From Candidatus Parcubacteria bacterium (lineage in GTDB: Bacteria; Patescibacteriota; Minisyncoccia; Phycocordibacterales; JAKAEA01), in contig CAWDXL010000006.1 in the NCBI GenBank assembly GCA_963806325.1, positions 1 through 61,382 of the forward strand: a DNA stretch of 61,382 nt, read 5' to 3'. Each line of letters starts with the position of its first letter. Positions within the stretch are counted from its first letter, which is position 1. Position numbers and translations under genes: made by a program. Under the pieces are notes generated by a model. It ran no database searches. It was not told the DNA's origin and was given only the letters and a program-made list of their open reading frames with translations. Of this stretch, positions 51,063-61,382 are shown in pieces.

Positions 51063-51444
51063 TGCTATACTCACTACGTTTACTGTGATATATGCCGTTT
51101 GCGGCATATATCAGCCGAATAAGAACGTTGAAAATTTAATAGATTAGAGAGTACATAAATTACAGAAAATTCTTTATTCCGATATTTGACTGCAATGAAT
51201 GAATTTCAGACTAAATTTCACAAGCTATTTTTTGCTTGGTGTCGATCAAGCAAAAAGCAAAAATAGTGGGAGTATGGCGGAGGTCTTGTTTCGAACTTCA
51301 GAGATCTCTGCGTCACTGCACATCAGCCGAACGTCGATCGTAGGATGATGCGCAGAATAAAGTTCACACACGTCATAATTCCACCCACATTATTATTAGT
51401 AAGCGGGAACGGGTTATGCAAAAATTTAACAACATTATTATAAT
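51063..51444 (+). promoter_or_regulatory. Promoter and long structured 5' leader of the S-layer-like gene
   Basis: Extended -10 TGCTATACT; 12-bp hairpin at 51086-51113; further hairpins near 51224-51266 and 51308-51356. Confidence 0.5.
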
Positions 51445-53456
51445 ATGACTAAATCAACACAGAAAATTCTTGCGGGCGTTCTTAGCATCGCAATGGTTCT
51501 TACAGTAGTTGTAGGCGTTTCTGTATCTGCAAAAGCAGACACAACAACAACGACAACAACAATGTCTTCTACATACACCCGCGACCTCACTGTAGGTTCA
51601 ACAGGTGCAGATGTAACGGCATTGCAGTCGATGCTTTACTCGGCCGGATATCTTAAAGTAGCTCCTACAGGCTACTTTGGATCTTGACACAGGCAGCTCT
51701 TGCTTCATGGCAGGCATCTGTTGGAATTTCTCCAGCAAGTGGCTACTTTGGACCAATCACACGAGCATACATCTCTAGCATGTCAACAAGCTCAACAAGT
51801 ACTGTCACAACGACAAGTACTGTTCCTGGATGTGCAGCTGGAGCTGTATACAGCGCAACAACAGGTGCTCCTTGCACGCCAGCAACTTCAACAGTTCCTG
51901 GCTGTGTAGCAGGCGCAATGTTTAGTGCAACAACAGGTGCTCCTTGCACATCAACCACAACTTCAACAGTTCCTGGCTGTGTAGCAGGCGCAATGTTTAG
52001 CTCAACAACTGGTGCTTCATGCGCTGGCAGCACAACGACCGTTTCAGGTCAGGGTGTCTTGACAGTAACGCAGGATCCAGCAGTTGTCACAAACACAAAC
52101 ATCACCTCGTACTCAAATGTACCTGTCTACGGTCTCCAGCTCCAGGCTCAGCTTGGTACTGTCACCGTCAACCAGCTTACACTTGATGTAAACGACCTTA
52201 ACGGATCAGCTAACTACGAGAATCCGGGAGCATTCATCAACAACATCAGTATCGTTGATCCTTCAACAAACACAGTTATCTACAATCAGCCAGTTTCAAC
52301 GGCTAACTTCATTGTTAACCCTTCAAACTCGACTGACTTCTATGTTCAGTTGACAGGTCTCAACTTCCAGGTCCCACAAACAGCACAAAGGATCTTGTTG
52401 TTGAGTTCAACACAAGTGGAAGTATTGACAACAACCGCACAATTACTGTTAAGGGCTACAGTTCAAATAGCCTCCAGTACTTCACCGGTAACAACATTGT
52501 CAACTACACCGACATTACAGGCATTAACACCGTTAGTGTCTTCAAGAATGCCGGAACAAACACTTCAGTAGTCTTTGGTACTGATTCAACGAACCCAATT
52601 GCAGCTACAAACTATGTCAACACAAACAGTGGTGACCAGGGTGTAACCCTCTTGGCCTTCAATGCTCAGGCATCTTCGGGCAGTATCACTCTCACGAATG
52701 CTACTGGTACGATCACCTCGACTGCTACATACCCAACAGCTGTCTACCTCTATGATGGTTCGACACTTCTCACATCTGCAACACTCAATGGCTCAAACTT
52801 TGTTTTCGCTAACAATTTCACTGATGTCATAACTGCAGGTGTTACGAAGGTCTTCACAATCCGTGCTGACTTCCCATCAAACACAACGGCAGGTACTGTT
52901 GCTTATGCAACTCTTGGAAGTGTAACCTACACCACGAGCGGTGACAAGATTACAACGAAAGGAAACCTCGGAATTACTGGTAACAACCAGACATTCTACG
53001 CAGCAACACCTGGCTTCACCTTCATCTCTGGCTCTGCTTCAACGCAGACAGCTCAGTATACTGGGTGGCCCAGCAACTGTTACTGGTACGTTGGTCTTCA
53101 CTGTTAAGCCACAGCCTGGCCAGATGGATCAGCCACAGCCATCAGACTTCTCAGTATACTTGGGAACATCGAATGGTAACGGCGGAATCACTGTTCCTGT
53201 AGCAAGTACTTCAATTCAGGTTTCGAACCCTACACCTTCATCAACAACAGCTCAGTTGTCAGCAAACTCTACGTACACTATTACATTGTCAGCAACTGCT
53301 AACATTGCAAGTTTGCCGGGCAGCGGTAGCTACGCGTTCTACTTGAGAAGCGCTTCAACGACTGTCTACGACATCAATGGCAATCCTCAGGTACAGACAA
53401 CAGCTGCAGCTTCGTTGACGAACTTCTACACAACGAACACCTCAGTATCTAAATAA
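51445..53456 (+). CDS. S-layer-like major surface protein: signal peptide, PG-binding domain, three Cys repeats, beta-rich body (multiple frameshifts)
   Basis: Signal MTKSTQKILAGVLSIAMVL..AKA; YTRDLTVGSTGADVTALQ...GYFGPITR; visibly biased codon usage; strong downstream terminator. Confidence 0.75.
51810..52034 (+). repeat. Three tandem 75-nt coding repeats (25 aa, Cys pair)
   Basis: TVPGC.AGA.(Y/F)S.TTGA.C three times; 41-nt identical stretch starting at 51885 and 51960. Confidence 0.9.
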
Positions 53457-53501
53457 TCACTTGTGAGTCTTTGTTAGGTTAAACTAATAGAGATTGATTA
53501 G

Positions 53502-53535
53502 GCAAAACCCCCGTCCGAAAGGATGGGGGTTTTGC
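53502..53535 (+). terminator. Intrinsic terminator
   Basis: GCAAAACCCCCGTCC-GAAA-GGATGGGGGTTTTGC. Confidence 0.85.
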
Positions 53536-53556
53536 GTTGGGGGAGTTTTCCGGATT

Positions 53557-53589
53557 TTCCCTCCTGAGCAAGGAGGGGATTGAGGGAGG
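53557..53589 (-). repeat. CCCCTCC-hairpin intergenic repeat
   Basis: TTCCCTCCTGAGCAAGGAGGGGATTGAGGGAGG, matching 32180-32215. Confidence 0.85.
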
Positions 53590-53656
53590 CTGTTCTTCAG
53601 AAAATCTTTAACTTTAATTGATGAGAATTTCACCATGAATGCGCTTTGATAGTGGT

Positions 53657-55738
53657 ATGAAAATATATCATCACGTACAATCAAGCAGTGCTAGTTTAGT
53701 ATTATTTTTTATTGCGAGTCATGTTGTTGTTATCGGTGCGTTGTTTCCGTTGGCTGCGGCTCCAAGCTGTCATTACAATCGGTCCTCGGCCTGTAAAAAA
53801 TTCAAACGTTATTTTCATTCCCGGCATCGAAGCGAGCCGGCTTTATATGAACGGTTCACAAATTTGGGAACCCAACATCACTTCGGGGGTTATGGGCACC
53901 ATCAAAAATCTCGATCTCTCATGCTTCAGGGAAAAGCATTAATCCTATTACTACGAAAGATATTGTGACGAGTGGTCTTGGCTACGATGTGTATGGCGGT
54001 TTACGACATATATGAATAGCCGGGGTGACCCTGGAACATTTTCTGCATGGGAACCGTTTCGTACGATTGGCGCATGGACGTGCGAGATGTGGTCTCGCAG
54101 CCAGTTCAATTGTCGGATGGTACGAGCTATAGTATGGTCTCCGAATTGGCACGCCTTGCTTCCACCTCACCGACAGGTAAGGTAAGTATTATTGCGCATA
54201 GCAATGGTGGATTAGTTGCTAAGGCCTTGATTAAATATCTTGAAGATAGCGGCCGCCCCGATCTTGTGGAAAAGATAGATAAAGTAGTTTTGGTGGCTGT
54301 GCCTGAGCTTGGCACGCCTTTTGCGGTGCCGGCGCTTTTGCATGGGTATGGCGAAGCAATTTTTGGGGGCTTTGTACTCTCTGCATCAACAGCACGAACG
54401 TTGGCAATAAATACTCCTGATGCGTACGAGCTTATGCCGTCCCAAGCATATTTTTCAGCTGTTCCTGGACCTATCATTACATTTGATCCATCAATTCCGA
54501 ATTCAACAGGTTTTCAGAAGTATGGATCATCTATCAGTGATAGCGCCTCACTCAACAGTTTTCTTCTTGCTGTAAAAGATAAACGGTCACAGCCTGATGC
54601 AGATGACACTTTTGATCCGGCAGTACTCAATTCAAAGCTTATTGCAAATGCTGCCACTGCTCATGCTACGCTTGATTCTTTTCAATTTCCAAGCTCCATA
54701 CAGGTCTATCAAATTGCCGGGACAGGAATAGACACTGTTTCTGGTTTTACGTATACCCTGCAAAACAAATGTGATGCAGACACAACTTGTTTTAAACAAA
54801 CTCAAGAGCTTGATGAAATACCTATCATGAGCACACTCGGGGACGGAACAGTTATGAGCAGAAGTGCTATAGATTTAAGCACAACAACTTACTACATAGA
54901 CCTTAATGCATATAATAAAAATCAAAATCAAAATATGTCACATGCAAGTATTATGGAAATAACTGATCTCAGTGAGACTATAAAAGATATTATTACAAAT
55001 ACTGCAGTGGCATACTCTCCATTTATTACTCAACAGCAGATGAGCCTCACGCCGGTTGGGAAAAAGTTTTTGTATGGTATCCATTCTCCGGCAACGCTTG
55101 ATGCGTATGATGCGGAAGGTAATCACACAGGACTTGTTGTGAATACAAACGTTGTAAATTCTGATGTGCAGCAGATAGAAGAAAATATTCCAAATAGTTC
55201 TTATATGCAATTTGGGGAAGGGAAATATCTTGACGTTGATGCTGACAGTGGTTCAAAAGTAACTCTTCAAGGCACAGGGGTTGCACATTTACGCTTGATA
55301 TGGATACGGTAGAAAATGGAACAACTACTGCTCACGAAGAATTTGCGGATGTACCCGTCACACCAGCGACTATCGCTACAATTATCGAATCGGCAACAAG
55401 CAGCGTTCCTGAATTGGCTTTGGATGAAGATGGAGATGGTACAATAGATGCTACGATAATTCCAAATCAGCCATTCGATTCTTTGCTATATCTGCAGACA
55501 ATGGGAAAGACGGTTGTAAGCATGAATCTTGCACCTTCAATTGAAAAAGATTTGCTCAAAAAAATAGACCGGATGGTACAGTTGATACAGCAGGATAAAA
55601 CTGAAACAGCTCGAGAAGAAACTTAAAAATCTCATTAAGAATGTTGATTATCAAAAACGACTAAGAAAAATGTCTGATGCCGACAAACAGGATTTTGTAG
55701 ACTTGCTGTCGGGTTTACTGGATGGCATACAGAGTTAA
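53657..55738 (+). CDS. Secreted LCAT/PGAP1-like alpha/beta hydrolase (lipase/acyltransferase); multiple frameshifts
   Basis: VIFIPGIEASRL, YDWR, IIAHSNGGL, GTP..., GDGTV and HASI; C-terminal HSPATL.AYD.EGNHTG domain. Confidence 0.8.
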
Positions 55739-55748
55739 ATGAAAATAT

Positions 55749-56069
55749 ATGAAACTAATAATTCTTGAGAAGAGCATCCTCTTGTTTGAGTGTTTAGTTC
55801 TTTTAGGATTCGTGCTGTCTATTGTTGTTGTGTTTATAACCAAAAATTCAGGAGATTTTGTCTTGCCATGCCTCATATATTTCTTGTATCCACTCGTTAT
55901 TCTATCTACGGTATTAATTTTTGTTAAGCGTATGACGTATCAAGCTATCGCACTTACTTCGTTTGAGCTAACCATGCTTATATTGAATATTTTTCTGCTC
56001 ATTTTACTTAGTGTACTGGTATACATAATTTATTTTACAAACCCATGGCAAAATTTTGGTAGAATATAA
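55749..56069 (+). CDS. Small three-TM hypothetical protein
   Basis: Very hydrophobic ORF directly after the lipase stop codon. Confidence 0.5.
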   Translation: MKLIILEKSILLFECLVLLGFVLSIVVVFITKNSGDFVLPCLIYFLYPLVILSTVLIFVKRMTYQAIALTSFELTMLILNIFLLILLSVLVYIIYFTNPWQNFGRI

Positions 56070-56125
56070 CACCCTCAGCTTTCCCTTGACCCAGTTAGAA
56101 TAATAGTGTACTGTCTTTGTATACA

Positions 56126-56235
56126 AGCCAAAGACAAGAGGCAGTTCGCATAAGCGGATAGAAGTCCTCTCGAGGTTATTGAGGTACTTTTTTAGCAATC
56201 TCGTATCTTGAAACGGCCTTGTGGTCGATTTTTTA
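56126..56235 (+). promoter_or_regulatory. L10 leader (rplJ autoregulatory RNA)
   Basis: CCAAAGACAAGAGG...CCTCTCGAGG kink-turn-type motif directly upstream of rplJ. Confidence 0.75.
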
Positions 56236-56254
56236 TTGTTAGGTAACAAAACCT

Positions 56255-56765
56255 ATGCCACTCACAAAAACACAAAAGAAAGTAGTACTGGATAAAGTTA
56301 ATGATATTGCGAGCACCGCAAAGACTGTCGTGTTTGTTAATTTTCACGGCTTGCCGGTAAATGATACGACAGCGATGCGCAAAACATTGCGCGAAGCAGG
56401 CGTCGAAGCTTACTGTTGCCAAGAAAACCTTGCAACAAAAGCGTTCACTGGACAGAAAATTGCGGGCGAAATGCCTGAGCTTCTCGGCGAGCTCGCTATT
56501 GCGTATGGTGCCGATATTATCGCACCGGCCCGCGAAGTCAGAAATTTTGAAAAGAAATTTGACGGTAAATTCTCAATTTTGGGTGGAGTTTTCGACGGTA
56601 CATTCAAGTCGAAAGATGAGATGACCGTCATTGCTTCAATTCCATCACGAGAAACACTGTACGGACATGTTTGTTAATATCGTCAATTCTCCAATCCAGA
56701 GATTTGTCATTGCAATGGATCAGATAGCGAAATCAAAGGCGGCATACGATACCACCCCGCCCTGA
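56255..56765 (+). CDS. rplJ: 50S ribosomal protein L10 (frameshifted)
   Basis: TKTQKKVVL, VFVNFHGL.V, LRKTLRE, ILGGVFDG and ASIPSRE.LY. Confidence 0.93.
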
Positions 56766-56825
56766 CGGGCAGCCACTGCCTCAGGATAAGGAAGGGAAGA
56801 ACAAATTATTATTTAAATTATCATT

Positions 56826-57248
56826 ATGGCAGAAGAAACAACCCAGGCTGCTCCAGCAGCAGAAGTAAAAGCAGAAATTCCGGCACAATTTAAGACACTC
56901 ATTGAGAGTGTTGAGAAAATGTCGGTCATCGAGCTCAATGATCTCGTAAAGGCTCTTGAAAAACGTTTCGGCGTATCAGCCGCAGCAGTGCCAGCTCCAG
57001 CCGCAGCAGGAGCTGGCGCAGCCGCAGCAGAAGAGAAGTCACTGTTTACTGTACATCTTAAAGAAGTTGGTGCTCAGAAAGTTGCGGTTATCAAGGCCGT
57101 CAAGGAAGTCCTTGCCCTCGGTCTTGCAGAAGCAAAAACAATGGTTGAGTCAGCGCCCGTCGATCTTAAGGTTGGCATGAAGAAGGAAGAAGCCGATGCC
57201 TTCAAGAAGAAAGTTGAGGAAGCAGGAGGTAAAGTTGAATTGAAATAA
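56826..57248 (+). CDS. rplL: 50S ribosomal protein L7/L12
   Basis: [23 protein letters not shown] and [10 protein letters not shown]. Confidence 0.97.
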   Translation: MAEETTQAAPAAEVKAEIPAQFKTLIESVEKMSVIELNDLVKALEKRFGVSAAAVPAPAAAGAGAAAAEEKSLFTVHLKEVGAQKVAVIKAVKEVLALGLAEAKTMVESAPVDLKVGMKKEEADAFKKKVEEAGGKVELK

Positions 57249-57262
57249 TTTTATATATTTCT

Positions 57263-57297
57263 CAAAAAACCGCTTAAAAAATAAAGCGGTTTTTTTG
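57263..57297 (+). terminator. Intrinsic terminator after rplL
   Basis: CAAAAAACCGCTT...AAGCGGTTTTTTTG. Confidence 0.85.
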
Positions 57298-57392
57298 TTG
57301 GGCTAGTCAATAAACCTTGTCCGCCAAGTGCTATACTAGGCACTACCAGCAGTTATTATTCAAAAGTAGCCTGTACGAAATATATGATAGAG

Positions 57393-58009
57393 ATGCTTGA
57401 GAAACTATTTCGGATCGGCTCGCGCGTGAAGATCATGCGGCTTTTTCTGTTTAATCCGGCTGAAGTGTACGATCTTTCTGAAGTGATTGCACGGGAAAGG
57501 TTGGTGCCGGAAGCGCTCGGCATGAAATAGCTCTTCTTGAAAAAATAGGCCTCATACGCAAGCGCAGTTTTTTCAAAGATGTAGTGTCTGCCAAAAAAAG
57601 ATTCCCGAGCGCAAGCGTGCCTCTGGCTGGGTGCTCGACGAAACTTTTGAATATCTTGGTCCTCTTCAGACGCTTTTAACGCACGTAAGCCCGACCCGGA
57701 ACAAGCAGATTTTGCACAGGCTTGCGCGTGCAGGAAAATTAAAGCTTGTTATTCTTTCAGGATTTTTTATTCAAAATTGGGATGCGCGCGTCGATCTTTT
57801 TATTGTCGGGGACAATCTCCGCAAAGGCACGCTTGAAAATATTGTCAGACTTATTGAATCAGAGGCTGGCAGGGAAGTCCGCTATGCATCATTCGAAACA
57901 GCTGATTTCAAATACCGCCTCGGCGTCTACGACAAGCTCGTGCGCGACGTGCTCGATCTTCAAGCATGAAATAATTTTGGACAAACTCAGCTTGCCAGAT
58001 GTGAAATAA
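57393..58009 (+). CDS. Hypothetical protein: winged-helix N-terminus plus nucleotidyltransferase-like C-terminus (frameshifted)
   Basis: MLEKLFGS.SRVKIMRLFLFN at the start; VDLFIVGD and EIRY-like motifs. Confidence 0.6.
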
Positions 58010-58104
58010 AATTTTCTCGCGCAAGTGGCATACTACTATAGCAATAGGTTCACCGAAGGTCGGTGATTACGTTTTTTGCGGCTACGGGTATAATTAGGAT
58101 ATCT

Positions 58105-58367
58105 GTATGATTCATTGCTCAAACATTCACGCAGCCCAGTAGGAACAGAGTCGGGTCAGGATTTTGCTAATGTTACTCGGCACTTAGCCAAACTCCTGCA
58201 TTTGAGATGATCTCATGTTGATCACCGAATAAAAGATTCTTGAAGCAAATAGTTCTGTTCAAGTGCAACAATTAAATGAGCATCGGTGCCCACGCACGAT
58301 CACATTTAAATCACTGGAGTGGCGCTCCGGGTTGCACTTCTCTTAGTGAGGCTGTCGTATCTCATAC
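58105..58367. ncRNA. Candidate structured non-coding RNA of unknown family
   Basis: No ORF; nested helices including 58261-58269/58331-58339 (9 bp), 58143-58149/58254-58260, 58132-58136/58350-58354 and 58105-58110/58362-58367; TATAAT at 58089-58094. Confidence 0.4.
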
Positions 58368-58490
58368 AAGAATTGGTCGCAGATTTATCAGCCGGCCTTT
58401 CTCCGCCGGCCATTTATCCCATATTTAGGCCTACTATTTAGGCCTTCTGAAACCAGCGAAATAAACCTTATTTATAATGCTAAAAATCGC

Positions 58491-58517
58491 TTGACACTGC
58501 AACTTGCCGTGTATAAT
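58491..58517 (+). promoter_or_regulatory. Putative rRNA promoter upstream of the 23S gene
   Basis: TTGACA (58491-58496) and TATAAT (58512-58517); the 15-nt spacer is short (possible indel). Confidence 0.6.
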
Positions 58518-58869
58518 GGCTCTTATCCCTGAAATTATGTTAAACACACTAAATCACAAGCGGATATAGCAAGCTTCTCTATAAAAAAGGCTTACTACTC
58601 CGCGCAAGCGGTTTTTTGTTTTAATTTCAGACCGACCGTAACTTAAAAATATCCTCGCAGTCTCGATTTTCGTCGGACTGCATTAGAAGGATCATTCTGT
58701 CGCAGCACACAAAACTTTTTTCTGGACTAATAAATGGTTCAGAGAGGGTCTTTTCAAGTGTTGCAGACAGAGTAGGTAAACAAACAAAAACAATAAATTG
58801 TTATATGTTAGAAAATGGATTCTATGTAACAGAGTAAAACGATATGTGGTTCTTACATTTCCTAATAGG

Positions 58870-61382
<2,513 letters not shown>

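Noticed and set aside
51810-52034. CRISPR array
   Set aside because: The 75-nt repeats are in-frame coding repeats without unique spacers; no cas genes or repeat-spacer arrays were seen in the window.
1-58009. UGA-to-Gly/Trp recoding (code 25/4) as the cause of broken ORFs
   Set aside because: Breaks are frame changes rather than in-frame TGA, and argS ends at TGA exactly at its conserved C-terminus.
58105-58450. tmRNA, RNase P or SRP RNA identity for the structured region
   Set aside because: No tRNA-like GGGG...CCA ends, the GCAAAT frame does not end in an Ala-Ala tag, and there is no GAGGAAAGTCC or SRP GGAA-loop motif on either strand.
58537-58620. Leader peptide/attenuator (MLNTLNHKRI) after the rRNA promoter
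   Set aside because: Ten codons, no amino-acid run and no biosynthetic gene downstream; more likely rRNA leader sequence.

Overview
This window looks like a chromosome segment from a reduced-genome bacterium, most likely Patescibacteria/CPR (Parcubacteria-like). That assignment is an inference from rplK without rplA, a 23S gene with no upstream 16S, an intron in the 23S, core genes lacking Shine-Dalgarno sites and many Ser/Thr-rich surface proteins. Many genes, including essential ones (nrdJ, ileS, ftsK, rplJ, folA), are broken by small indels, probably long-read errors, so several coordinates span more than one ORF-track entry. Content in order: class II B12-dependent ribonucleotide reductase; a type II R-M pair; a cobalamin riboswitch controlling two transcobalamin-like (DUF4430) surface proteins and an S-component-like membrane protein; envelope and redox genes; secE-nusG-rplK; an 8 kb dTMP/folate cluster with three HIT domains, one fused to DHFR; an ORF6N gene bracketed by palindromes; argS; a repeat-bracketed SGNH surface protein; ileS with an inserted histidine-phosphatase domain; housekeeping genes; an S-layer-like gene; a secreted lipase; rplJL; an unexplained structured non-coding region; and a partial 23S rRNA with an atypical group I-like intron at E. 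coli position ~1931. The best candidate for an undescribed system is the riboswitch-controlled B12-capture operon next to nrdJ, followed by the HIT-rich thymidylate cluster.
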